DNA from: an uncultured Planctomycetaceae bacterium
Lineage (GTDB): Bacteria; Planctomycetota; Phycisphaerae; SM23-33
Assembly (NCBI GenBank): GCA_964631565.1
Contig: CAZVYJ010000009.1
Coordinates: 4,862 to 68,861, forward strand
Direction of reading: 5' to 3'
Length of the DNA stretch: 64,000 bases
The notes under the pieces were generated by a model. The model was not told the DNA's origin, made no database searches, and worked only from the letters and a program-made list of their open reading frames with translations. The position numbers and the translations under genes are program-made. Positions 47,948 through 57,476 of this stretch are shown here, piece after piece. Each line of letters begins with the position of its first letter. Positions within the stretch are counted from its first letter, which is position 1.

Positions 47948-50014
47948 TTACCACTTTGTCAGCAGGTTTGCAGCCTCGGCCGACAGCGGAGATTCCGGGT
48001 AATCCACGGTTATTTTTTTGAGCATTTCGGTGCTCTTTTCCTTTCGGCCGAGCTTTCGATACGACCTGGCGGCAATCATCAGCAGTTCCGCGGCATAATC
48101 GGACCGCGGATTGACCCGTACAAGCGTCTCGGCCTCGATTACGGCGGCGATGTTGCGGCCGCGGGCGAAAAGCTGCCTGGCCTTCAGCAGCGACCAGTAG
48201 CCTTCGAGCTTGTCAGTCGGTATCGCCGCCGCCCAGCTGGCGAGATACTCGTCGGCGGAGGCGTATTCCCGGCGGCGGGTGAAATCCTCGATGCTGCGGG
48301 CGAAATTGCCGCGATGGAACTCCGCCCCGCCGGCTGCGGTGTCGAACTGCATGCCGGCCTGCTCGTAGGAGTTCTTCGCCTTGTCATAGTCGCCCTCGGC
48401 CCGCCGGACGTCGCCGATGCCGATAAGTCCGAGGCGAATCACATGCTTGTCGACCCGCCCCGGATAATTCTCCACGACGTCGCTGAAAATGCTCCCGGCA
48501 CGTTTCGTGTCGCCCAGTTCATCGACAGCAATCTGTCCGGCATAAAGAAGCGCCTTGGCGGAAATATACGGCGCCTTGGCGAGGGCGGCGAGTTTCAGCA
48601 TCGCCTCGACGGCCTGCTCGGGCCTGCCGGAATTGACAAGCGAGGGAGCATAAATCAGTCCGACGCGCCTTATATCGACATCGTCCGCGCTGCTGCGGAG
48701 AACAAACGCATTGCCGGCCTTCAGCAGTTCTTCGTTCATCGCCGCGCAGTCGAACAGAACCACCGCGTTGGCATTGGCCTCGGGAGAAAGTTTCGCGAAA
48801 TCGTATTTCGCCGCGATGCCTGCGTGCATGGCGTTGCTGTCGATATCCCGGTTTATGACGCAGTCCCACGGACGGGCGACGACAATAACATTTGTGCACG
48901 TCAGTTCCCCGACACGGGTTTTTGCAGAGAGTTTCACGGTGTACCGCCCATCGGCGAGATAAACATGCTCGACCTTTTCGCCGGGAGCGGTCTGCCCGTC
49001 GCCAAAGTCCCACTGCCACTGCAGCTCGCCGGCAGTCTTGCCGACAATGTCGGCGGCGAACGTGAAACGCTGGGTGTAGCGGTCGCCGATGAATGTTTCG
49101 CCCGCATGGGTCGGCGTGAAATCCACCGACAGCGTTTTGCCGTACTGCTCCGCCGGCCCGAAGCTCGCCTGAATCACCGGCGCGAAGCTGTTGGCGGCAA
49201 TCGGCCAGATGCGGTCGTCCCCCGGGGACTTCCACGCCGCGACCGCTATTGGATCGCCGTTATTGGTCACGTGCATGTATGTAAGCTTGTGCAGGCCGGA
49301 CTTGAGCTGAACTTTGTTCTGCTTCACCGGAGTATTCTGCGGCCAGTGCGCCCCGCCGTTGTCCACCACCAGCTTGTCGTCTATCAGCAGAAACGACGCG
49401 TTCATGCTCGACGAGCAGAACACATAATCTCCGTCGGCCGGCGCAAAAAACCACGCCGTGTAAAGCGCAGCCAGCGAGGCTTCCGGCCCGAAGGGGTTAT
49501 GGCCGAGGAATATGTTTTCGCGGAAGTCCCGCCCGAACAGCTGTTTTTCGGCGGCGAAAATCTTTTCCGCATCTTCGAGCTTTCCCGGAGGCTGACCCTG
49601 GAACTTCCACATCTCAAGCAGCACGCCGCGTTTTATTTCCAGAGGCCTGGCCGGTCTGGCATTCGGGTTGCCGTAATAGACATGATATTTCCGCACGCCG
49701 TCGCGAACGGCGAACGCAACTTTCGCCGTGTCGCCCGGGCCGGTCATGAGAACCCGCGACGGCATGACATCGCCGTTGGCGGCTACCACGCATATATCGC
49801 TGCCGTCCGGTTTTATATGGCCGCCGGTCGGCATGGTGAAGACGGCTACGTCATCGCCGCCGAAATTGGTCGGCTTTGTTTCAGGAATTGTCACTTCCCT
49901 GCGGAACGGCCACTCGTATTTCCACCATCCCGCAGCCGACGCGTCGGACGCCAGGCAAAACAATGCCGCAGCCGTTACAATCATATGAATTGTTTTTCCC
50001 GACGCAGTAGTCAT
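47948..50014 (-). CDS. Secreted PA14-domain, PKD-domain and TPR-repeat protein
   Basis: ATG 50014 (MTTASGKTIHMIVTAAALFCLASDASAA, a signal peptide) with GGAG upstream. The PA14-like segment is YTAWFFAPADGDYVF. The PKD motif is WQWDFGDGQTAPGEKVEHVY. The C-terminus has TPR repeats. Confidence 0.65.
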   Translation of the reverse strand: MTTASGKTIHMIVTAAALFCLASDASAAGWWKYEWPFRREVTIPETKPTNFGGDDVAVFTMPTGGHIKPDGSDICVVAANGDVMPSRVLMTGPGDTAKVAFAVRDGVRKYHVYYGNPNARPARPLEIKRGVLLEMWKFQGQPPGKLEDAEKIFAAEKQLFGRDFRENIFLGHNPFGPEASLAALYTAWFFAPADGDYVFCSSSMNASFLLIDDKLVVDNGGAHWPQNTPVKQNKVQLKSGLHKLTYMHVTNNGDPIAVAAWKSPGDDRIWPIAANSFAPVIQASFGPAEQYGKTLSVDFTPTHAGETFIGDRYTQRFTFAADIVGKTAGELQWQWDFGDGQTAPGEKVEHVYLADGRYTVKLSAKTRVGELTCTNVIVVARPWDCVINRDIDSNAMHAGIAAKYDFAKLSPEANANAVVLFDCAAMNEELLKAGNAFVLRSSADDVDIRRVGLIYAPSLVNSGRPEQAVEAMLKLAALAKAPYISAKALLYAGQIAVDELGDTKRAGSIFSDVVENYPGRVDKHVIRLGLIGIGDVRRAEGDYDKAKNSYEQAGMQFDTAAGGAEFHRGNFARSIEDFTRRREYASADEYLASWAAAIPTDKLEGYWSLLKARQLFARGRNIAAVIEAETLVRVNPRSDYAAELLMIAARSYRKLGRKEKSTEMLKKITVDYPESPLSAEAANLLTKW

Positions 50015-50101
50015 GACAAACTCCGATTCTATATTGGCATAACGCGGCTTGTCGCGGTTAAATTGCCGCATAACGGAACTGCAAATGAAGCCCAATGTCC
50101 C

Positions 50102-50680
50102 ATGAAACGGTTTGACGGCATAATTTTCGACATGGACGGCACGCTGATCGAGTCGCTGCTGGACTTCGCGGCAATCCGCCGGCACCTTGGGATATCCGAC
50201 GACACCGGCATAATCGAGGGTATCGACGCCATGCCGCCCGACAAGCGCACCGCCGCGGCCGACTGGCTGCTCGAGCAGGAAATGACAGCCGTTCAGAACG
50301 CAACGCTGCTGCCCGGCGTGCATGATTTGCTGGCCGCCTGCAGGAAGGCCGGCCTGAAAACCGCCCTGCTCACGCGCAACGCGCGGCAGGTTATGGAAAC
50401 GGTCATCGAAAAATTCCGCCTGACATTCGACCTCGCATGGTCGCGGGAAAAAGGCCCGATAAAGCCCGAGCCCGACGGCGTGCTGAGGGCGTGCAGGGAC
50501 ATGGGAATTAAACCGCAGCGAACCGTCTGTGTGGGCGACTTCAAATACGATATAATCGCCGCCAACGCTGCCGGCGCGACGAGCATACTGCTGGCGAGGC
50601 GTGACCGGCCCGATTTCGCCGACGACGCCGACTACGTGGTGGCCGACCTGGCGGAACTGTACGAAATACTGGGAATCTGA
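50102..50680 (+). CDS. HAD-superfamily hydrolase
   Basis: Motif I FDMDGTL. Motif III is KPEPD; the sequence there reads EKGPIKPEPD. Motif IV is GDFKYD; the sequence there reads VCVGDFKYDI. The rest of the long track ORF 48314..50680 is antisense to the PA14 gene and spurious. Confidence 0.8.
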   Translation: MKRFDGIIFDMDGTLIESLLDFAAIRRHLGISDDTGIIEGIDAMPPDKRTAAADWLLEQEMTAVQNATLLPGVHDLLAACRKAGLKTALLTRNARQVMETVIEKFRLTFDLAWSREKGPIKPEPDGVLRACRDMGIKPQRTVCVGDFKYDIIAANAAGATSILLARRDRPDFADDADYVVADLAELYEILGI

Positions 50681-51892
50681 ATGGCTTATCTACCCCTGGC
50701 AAACATTCTGCATCACAAGCTGAGAAGCACGCTCAGCGCGGTGGGCATCGGCATCGGCATCTGCATGCTGGTGACGCTGTCCGGCCTGGCGCGAGGCAGC
50801 CTGAACGAAGTCGCCGACCGATGGGAAGCCGTGGACGCCGACCTGATTCTGTTTCCCGGCGGACTGGGCGAAAACCTCATCACGCTCAGCGGCATCGGCC
50901 TGCCGGACAGGGTCGCAGAAGACGCGATAAAAAAACACGGCGATATCGTGCAGCGGGTTACGCCGGTTTTTCTGTGGAACGTGAAGCTCGCCGGGCAGAA
51001 CCATCTGGCAGCCGGCGTCGACCCGGAGCAGTGGCACACGCTGACCGGCGGCAGAAAGTTGCAAGAAGGCAGGCTCTTCGACCCGGAAAACGGATTCTCG
51101 AAATGGATCGAGTCGAAGCTGCTGGCCGCCGGCCATTCGGACGAAGTCATGGATATCACCAGGGCTGATCTTTCCGACCCGGCACATAACGGCCTGGAGC
51201 TGGTTATCGACAGCCGCCTCGCAGCAGCGGGCAATCTGAAAGTCGGAGACACGGTGAATACGGCAAATCACAAATGGCGGATTGTCGGCATCGTCCCGGA
51301 CGGCGGCATGGCGCGGGTTTTCATGCCGCGGCGGACTGCGCAGTTCCTGTTCGGCAGCGGCGACATAACCAAGAGCACGGTGATGTTCGTCAAGCTGCAC
51401 AAGGGCGCCGACGCCGATGCAGCCGCCAGGACGCTCTCCAACCAGCGGCAGGAGGCGATACAGCTGCGACAGTACCGCGACATGCTGCAGGAAAAATTCA
51501 GCATGATGTTCCGCTACGTCGACGCCGTGAACGCCGTCGCGCTTATCATCGCGTTCCTGTTCATCATGATCACGCTTTACACCATAGTCCTGCAGCAGAC
51601 ACGTGAGATAGCGATACTCAAATCGTTCGGCGCGTCGAACAGCCTGATACTTCGCCAGGTGATGGCCGAGTCGGCCATTCTCACCGCAGCAGGATCGGTG
51701 CTGGGCATCGCGATGAGCTTCGCCGCGGCGTGGATAATCCAGACATTCCGGCCGCTGCTCACAGTGAGCATAACGCCCCAGTGGCTGGCAATCGCCGTAG
51801 TGGCCGCCGCTGCCGGCGCAGCCCTGAGCGCAATCTACCCCGCATACCGGGCGACGCGGGTCGACATGGTTTCGGCCCTGACACTGGAGTAA
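50681..51892 (+). CDS. FtsX/MacB-type ABC permease, LolC/E-like
   Basis: N-terminal transmembrane helix, a large periplasmic domain, then a C-terminal three-helix FtsX bundle (ILKSFGASNSLILRQVM...). Confidence 0.8.
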   Translation: MAYLPLANILHHKLRSTLSAVGIGIGICMLVTLSGLARGSLNEVADRWEAVDADLILFPGGLGENLITLSGIGLPDRVAEDAIKKHGDIVQRVTPVFLWNVKLAGQNHLAAGVDPEQWHTLTGGRKLQEGRLFDPENGFSKWIESKLLAAGHSDEVMDITRADLSDPAHNGLELVIDSRLAAAGNLKVGDTVNTANHKWRIVGIVPDGGMARVFMPRRTAQFLFGSGDITKSTVMFVKLHKGADADAAARTLSNQRQEAIQLRQYRDMLQEKFSMMFRYVDAVNAVALIIAFLFIMITLYTIVLQQTREIAILKSFGASNSLILRQVMAESAILTAAGSVLGIAMSFAAAWIIQTFRPLLTVSITPQWLAIAVVAAAAGAALSAIYPAYRATRVDMVSALTLE

Positions 51893-51899
51893 CCGGCAC

Positions 51900-52595
51900 G
51901 TGAACGATACTGATACTGAAAACATTCTGGAAGCTGCGGGCCTGCACAAGTCATTCGGCAAGGGCCGGGCCGCCGTTCACGTGCTTCGCGGGCTTGATCT
52001 GGCTGTCCGGCGCGGCGAATTCCTGGCCGTCATGGGCCCGAGCGGCTGCGGAAAAAGCACGCTGCTGCACGTTCTTGGGCTTATGACGCCGCCGGACAGC
52101 GGAACGATAAGCATCAACGGAAAGCCCGTGGGCAACAGCAGCGCCGCAAGGACGCTGCTGCGGCGAAAAGATATCGGCTTCGTATTTCAGCGTTTCAACT
52201 TGCTCGGCACGCTGACGGCGGCGGATAATGTCGCCGTCTCCCTGCGGGTGCGGGGCATCAGGGGCGACGGCCGCTGCGACGAACTGTTCGGAAAGATGGG
52301 CATCGCCCACGTCGCCGGACGCAAGCCGGGGCAGATGTCCATCGGCGAGCAGCAGCGGGTTGCGGTCGTCAGGGCCATCGCGCACAGGCCCGCCCTGCTG
52401 CTTGCGGACGAACCGACGGGAAACCTGGACTCGGACAACAGCGTCTCGCTGCTGAAACTGTTCAGGCAGATGAACCGCGACGAGGGGCAGACGATTGTAA
52501 TGATTACGCACTCCGCCGAGGCGGCTGCGGCCGCCGACCGCGTCGTGCACATGAAAGACGGGTTGATTCTTGATGAGCGATCATCACATTCTTGA
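51900..52595 (+). CDS. ABC transporter ATP-binding protein, LolD/MacB-type
   Basis: Walker A GPSGCGKST, ABC signature MSIGEQQR, Walker B LLLADEP. Confidence 0.9.
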   Translation: MNDTDTENILEAAGLHKSFGKGRAAVHVLRGLDLAVRRGEFLAVMGPSGCGKSTLLHVLGLMTPPDSGTISINGKPVGNSSAARTLLRRKDIGFVFQRFNLLGTLTAADNVAVSLRVRGIRGDGRCDELFGKMGIAHVAGRKPGQMSIGEQQRVAVVRAIAHRPALLLADEPTGNLDSDNSVSLLKLFRQMNRDEGQTIVMITHSAEAAAAADRVVHMKDGLILDERSSHS

Positions 52596-53355
52596 GCCGC
52601 ACCTGCCCGACGATATAACGGTCAGGCACTGGCTGGCGGCGTACATCGTGATGCTTGCGGCAGCCGCCGTGCCGATGGTCATGCTCATCGCAGCCGACGG
52701 GCTTGGCTGGGAAAACTGGAGGCATGCCCCGCAGAAAACGTTTACCGAGGCAAGTGCGATTATCAAGCTGCTGGGCTTCGCCATCTACATGTCGTTTTGC
52801 TGCACCGTCCTGCCCATGCCCACGAGCTGGATAGTCGCCGCAGTAGCCACGCGCGACGCCGCAGTGGGCGACGGCGTGTGGGACACTGTCGCACTGGTCG
52901 CTGTCGTCGGGGCATTCGCATCCACCGTGGCGAACCTCAACGATTACCACCTGTTCACGTGGATACTCCGCCACAAGAAAATTGCGAAGGTCCGCAACAC
53001 GAAAACCTACCAGAAGGCGGCGGCGTGGTTTTCGAGATCGCCGTTCCTGCTGCTGGTGGTTTTCAACCTCATTCCGATACCTATCGACATCGTCCGGATG
53101 CTCGCCATCACCTACCGCTACCCGCGAGTGCCGTTCGCGGCGGCGAACTTTATCGGCAGATTGATCCGGTATGCGATACTCGCGTTCGTTATATACTGGT
53201 GGAACCTCGGATGGTACGCGGTGGTCGCCCTGCTGGCCCTTGCGGTGGTGCTTGGCGGCGGCAGAGGCGTAATAGCGATGTACAGGCGACTTACCCGGCG
53301 GACAAACGCCGCGGCGGTGAACGTGTCGGAATCAATAGAAACACAGGAGCAGTAA
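52570..53355 (+). CDS. Polytopic inner-membrane protein, possibly DedA/VTT-like
   Basis: About 5-6 transmembrane helices. Its start overlaps the upstream ATPase gene. The family assignment is weak. Confidence 0.45.
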   Translation: MMSDHHILEPHLPDDITVRHWLAAYIVMLAAAAVPMVMLIAADGLGWENWRHAPQKTFTEASAIIKLLGFAIYMSFCCTVLPMPTSWIVAAVATRDAAVGDGVWDTVALVAVVGAFASTVANLNDYHLFTWILRHKKIAKVRNTKTYQKAAAWFSRSPFLLLVVFNLIPIPIDIVRMLAITYRYPRVPFAAANFIGRLIRYAILAFVIYWWNLGWYAVVALLALAVVLGGGRGVIAMYRRLTRRTNAAAVNVSESIETQEQ

Positions 53356-53357
53356 GC

Positions 53358-54242
53358 ATGAAATTTTTCGTTATAACACTCGCGATATTCGCACTGCCGC
53401 TGGCATGCGTGTCAGCCGGCGACAAAACGGAAACAACTTCAACCACCCAGCCGGCAACAGACGCCGATAACGCAGCAAAAACCGATGAAAACACGGAAAA
53501 TCCGACCACCGCGCCGGAAGCGGAAATAACTCCCGAGGCCAAGGAAATTCTCGACAGGCTCGAGAAGGCCGGCGACAAGTACAAAACCCTCAAGGCTGAC
53601 ATCGATTACACCGTCGTCATGACGCAGCTGGGCGATACCGACAAGCGGACCGGCTGGGTCGCCTTCCAGCAGAAAACCAAGGACTCCCCGGCGAAATTCC
53701 GCGTCCAGTTCGCAACCAGGCAGCTCGGCGAAGGCGCCGCCTTCCGCGAAAAGGAAGATTACGCGTTCAACGGCTACTGGCTGACCGTCGCGAAGCATAA
53801 AATCCGCGAGATAACGAAATACGAGATTTGCAAAAAAGGCGACGAAGTGGACGTTCTGACAATCGGCAAGGGGCCGTTCCCGATACCGTTCGGGCAGAAG
53901 GCCGCCGACGTGATGAAATACTGCGAAGTCACCACGCGCCCGCTGGAAAAAGGCGAGCCGGAAAAAACCAGCTACCTGAAGCTCGCCCCACGCAAGGAAT
54001 GCAAAGAGGATTTGAACTTCACACAGCTCGAAATGTGGGTGAACGACAAATACCTGCCCGTCCGCATCGTCAGCCGCGACAAGAACAAGGACATCACAAC
54101 CGTCGTCTTCAGCAAAATCGAAACTGACGTCACGCTCGACAAGGACGTCTTCAATATTCCCGTCCCGGCCGGCTGGCAGTCACACGAGCAGCCGCTCGAT
54201 AATAAGCAGTCCGACGGCTCGACCAAACCTGACAAGGAATAA
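53358..54242 (+). CDS. LolA-like periplasmic protein (lipoprotein-carrier / outer-membrane lipoprotein-sorting fold)
   Basis: ATG 53358 with AGGAG upstream. Signal peptide. The length and an alternating hydrophobic beta-strand pattern of the LolA/LppX type run through WVAFQQKTKDSPAKFRVQFA...YWLTVAKHK. The call is by eye. Confidence 0.5.
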   Translation: MKFFVITLAIFALPLACVSAGDKTETTSTTQPATDADNAAKTDENTENPTTAPEAEITPEAKEILDRLEKAGDKYKTLKADIDYTVVMTQLGDTDKRTGWVAFQQKTKDSPAKFRVQFATRQLGEGAAFREKEDYAFNGYWLTVAKHKIREITKYEICKKGDEVDVLTIGKGPFPIPFGQKAADVMKYCEVTTRPLEKGEPEKTSYLKLAPRKECKEDLNFTQLEMWVNDKYLPVRIVSRDKNKDITTVVFSKIETDVTLDKDVFNIPVPAGWQSHEQPLDNKQSDGSTKPDKE

Positions 54243-54248
54243 CCGACA

Positions 54249-57122
54249 ATGACTCTCCCCCGCCTCGCAAGCGTTACAGCGGTCGTGATGTTTCTTTCAA
54301 TCATCGGCCCGGCCGACTTCGCGTTCGCCCAGCAGGCCGAAGACACCCGGCCGCTTGCCGAGCAGCCTTACATCGGGCTGCGGTTCGAGGATCATCAGCC
54401 CACCGGCGCATGCCTTGTAACGTGGGTTCTGCCCGGCCCGCTGTTCGGCGAGAAAGACCCGGCCCCGCTGGTTAACAGCGGCGACCTGATACTTAAGGTG
54501 GACGGCAAGAACCTCAAGGCCGACGAACTCCAGAAATACGTCGCGGCCAAAAAGCCCGGCGACGAGATGACGCTCACCGTCCGCTTCACGAAGATGCCGC
54601 CGAACACATACCCGTTCGCGCCGGGCGAAGGCACGGAAACGAAGGACCTGAAAATCAGGCTGGCCGCCCGCGCCGACTGGGCAGGACCGATTTCATTCCC
54701 ACGCCAAAAATATCTTCCACTCAAACCGGAAACATTGCTGGACCCAGCCAAAACGTTCAGCTTCGAAGCTCTCGTCATGCAAAAAGCCGGAGAGAACAAT
54801 CTCACCGACGCTTACAACAAGCTCTGCGGCGTGCTGAAGGAAGCCCAGAGCACGACCGTCGGCTACAACAACCTGGCCCGCGTCGCATATCCGTTTTACT
54901 ACCCGCTGCGGATGAGCGAGCTTCAGGAAGAGATAACCGCCCCGCTCGCCGATTACGCGAAGGATCCGTCCGGCATATGCAGCTACGCCGCAAAGATGCT
55001 CGACCTCAGTGCATACAAAACCAAGAATACGGAAAAGGCCAACATGTCCATTCCTCGCGATGCGCTGAAGTTTTCGGCAAAACAGGTCGCCGCGGCCAAC
55101 GAATACCTTCGCAAGGCATTCGAAAAAATTCCCGCCGACCACCGGGCCACGCTGGCCGAGGACATCGACACGCTTGTCGCCGGGCTGCCCGCCACGGTCT
55201 ACGTGGCCGGCCACAAAAACCCCGCCCGCATGATAAAAACTCTCCAGGCGAGCATGTCGATTGATTTCAGCTCTTTAATACTGGCCGCCGGTGAAATGTC
55301 GGAGCTTATACAACGCGGCACACCGCCGGCGAAGGACACCAAAACTGTCGAAATTCCGCAGGAAATGCAGAACGCCGTCACCGGCGACGTGCTGGACATC
55401 GTGCAGATTGACGGCCGATGGTACGTCTACGGCGGCTTCGGGGCGAATACATACGACATGTCGAAGATAACCGGTGTAATCGACGCAGGCGGCGACGACA
55501 CGTACAACTATCCGCAACAGGCGCCGTGGACTGTCCGCTTCATCATCGACATGGCCGGCAACGACCGTCACATCGGCTCAGCCGGTGGACCCGCTGCGGC
55601 GCTGTGTGGAATAAGCCTGCTGGTCGATTACGCCGGCGATGATTTCTACGCCGGCCAGAAACCATGCTGCGGTGCGGGCATCATGGGCGTCGGCATGCTG
55701 ATAGATTACGACGGCAACGACGAATATCAATCGCTGTACTGGTCGCAGGGCGCCGGGTTCTACGGGTTCGGCCTCATCGCCGACCTCGGCTACGGGCGCG
55801 ACCTGTACCAGTCGCAGATTATGAGCCAGGGCATCGGCGGGCCGCGCGGGCTCGGGCTGATTCTCGAACAGGGAGGCGAAGATTACTACCGCGTCAACGG
55901 ACCGGTGAAATCGTCCTACGGAACGCCCGGCGTCTACAACGCATGCAGCCAGGGCTTCGGGTTCGGCTGCCGGACTTACGAATCCGGCGGCATCGGCATC
56001 ATCGAAGACCTTGAGGGCAACGACCGCTACGACGCCGGCGAGATGGCGCAGGGCGGCGGATATTACTACGGGCTTGGCATTCTCCATGACCGCAAGGGCA
56101 ACGACAGCTACACCGGCGTCCGCTGGGCGCAGGGCTTCGGCTGCCATCAGGCGCACGGCATACTCGCCGACGACGAGGGCGATGACACGTACTACGCGCT
56201 GCAGGTCGCCATTCAGGGGTCTGCGTGGGACATCGCAGTCGGGGCACTTATCGACCGGGCCGGCAACGATTCATACCAGTGCGGCGCCGGCCTGTCGCAG
56301 GGTGGAGCTTCCATGCAGGGTGTTGCATATCTCATGGACCTCGCCGGGCGCGACAGATACATCGCACCGCCCTACGCCTCGCAGGGCAAGAGCGGCGGCA
56401 ACAGCTACCACTACGCACGGACCGGCGCGATGAGCTTTTCGGTCCTGTTCGACTCCGGCGGCGATGACGACCTTTACTCCACCGGCCGGCCCAACAACAA
56501 AACTATTTCCGTCGGCGAGCCGGATGAAAAGAACCCGGCCGAAAGTCCGCTGTACGGCCTGTTCATAGACACAGCGGGCGACGACCTGGCCGTCATGACA
56601 TTCAAGGATAGATTCCCCCGCTCGGTCAAGTGCGACAGTTCCGGACACATCACCAGCCTCGGCCTGCGCAAAGAAACTCTCACCACAGAGGCTCTCACTG
56701 AAGCCGACTTTGATATCATAGCCTCTCTGACACACCTTGAACTGCTCGCACTGAGTGAATCGAACGTCTCCGACGAGACCGTTGCGAAGCTCATGAATCT
56801 CAGGAGCCTGAAGCGGTTGTACCTGGGCGACACCGCCGTTTCTGACACCGGGTTGCGCGAACTCGCCGCCCTGTCCGAAATGGAATGGCTGGAACTTGAC
56901 AATACGAAGATTACCGGCAAAACCCTCCCGGCAATAACAAAAATGAGTAAAATTCAGCATGTGGGAATCAGCACGACGGCTGTTACCGAAGCCGATATCA
57001 GAGACCTCGCATGGCCGCTTTCGCTCAGGACTCTGGTCGTGTCACAAAATATGATTTCCAAGGCTACAATCGAGAAACTAAAGAAAGACAACCCCAATCT
57101 GGAAGTCATAATTTCAGATTGA
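54249..57122 (+). CDS. Secreted 957-aa protein: PDZ-like N-terminus, about twelve ~27-residue GND-x-Y/QG-x-G repeats (putative beta-solenoid), and C-terminal leucine-rich repeats
   Basis: Signal peptide. A PDZ-like segment (GDLILKVDGKNLKADELQKYVAAKKPGDEMTLTV). Repeats such as GNDRHIGSAGGPAAALCGISLLVDYA / GDDFYAGQKPCCGAGIMGVGMLIDYD / GNDEYQSLYWSQGAGFYGFGLIADLGY. LRRs of the form LxxLxLxxTxVSD (LELLALSESNVSDETVAKLMNLRSLKRLYLGDTAVSDTGLRELAALSEMEWLELDNTKITG). Confidence 0.6.
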   Translation: MTLPRLASVTAVVMFLSIIGPADFAFAQQAEDTRPLAEQPYIGLRFEDHQPTGACLVTWVLPGPLFGEKDPAPLVNSGDLILKVDGKNLKADELQKYVAAKKPGDEMTLTVRFTKMPPNTYPFAPGEGTETKDLKIRLAARADWAGPISFPRQKYLPLKPETLLDPAKTFSFEALVMQKAGENNLTDAYNKLCGVLKEAQSTTVGYNNLARVAYPFYYPLRMSELQEEITAPLADYAKDPSGICSYAAKMLDLSAYKTKNTEKANMSIPRDALKFSAKQVAAANEYLRKAFEKIPADHRATLAEDIDTLVAGLPATVYVAGHKNPARMIKTLQASMSIDFSSLILAAGEMSELIQRGTPPAKDTKTVEIPQEMQNAVTGDVLDIVQIDGRWYVYGGFGANTYDMSKITGVIDAGGDDTYNYPQQAPWTVRFIIDMAGNDRHIGSAGGPAAALCGISLLVDYAGDDFYAGQKPCCGAGIMGVGMLIDYDGNDEYQSLYWSQGAGFYGFGLIADLGYGRDLYQSQIMSQGIGGPRGLGLILEQGGEDYYRVNGPVKSSYGTPGVYNACSQGFGFGCRTYESGGIGIIEDLEGNDRYDAGEMAQGGGYYYGLGILHDRKGNDSYTGVRWAQGFGCHQAHGILADDEGDDTYYALQVAIQGSAWDIAVGALIDRAGNDSYQCGAGLSQGGASMQGVAYLMDLAGRDRYIAPPYASQGKSGGNSYHYARTGAMSFSVLFDSGGDDDLYSTGRPNNKTISVGEPDEKNPAESPLYGLFIDTAGDDLAVMTFKDRFPRSVKCDSSGHITSLGLRKETLTTEALTEADFDIIASLTHLELLALSESNVSDETVAKLMNLRSLKRLYLGDTAVSDTGLRELAALSEMEWLELDNTKITGKTLPAITKMSKIQHVGISTTAVTEADIRDLAWPLSLRTLVVSQNMISKATIEKLKKDNPNLEVIISD

Positions 57123-57476
57123 CTTCAGGCTAATGCCGGGCTGCCCGCAAAAAAATAACTACCGTCAGCTGGAACCAAGCACTTTTTTTGCAGCCGTCTT
57201 TGCGGACAAAAATCGTCTTTAAGACAAAAATATCCACCCGTTAATCCCCAAAAACGGAAATCTCCTGTTATGCGCAGCTCAAATTGCCCTTTAGGAATCC
57301 GTTAAGGCGACGATAAGCCTTACGGAGAGAAATATATTCACCGAGTCATTACAGGAGCATGCTGACGTACGAGTGGGTCGCACGCAGTAGTTGTTTGATA
57401 ACTTTCAGCTAATTAAGCAGTAACAGCAGACAGGCCCGCCACGGCGAATCCCCTGCCTGCGGCGGTTTTTCAGCCT

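Noticed and set aside
48314-50680. 788-aa plus-strand ORF
   Set aside because: Only its last 193 codons (50102-50680) encode a real HAD hydrolase, with the DMDGT motif and an ATG. The upstream ~1.8 kb is antisense to the PA14/PKD/TPR gene.
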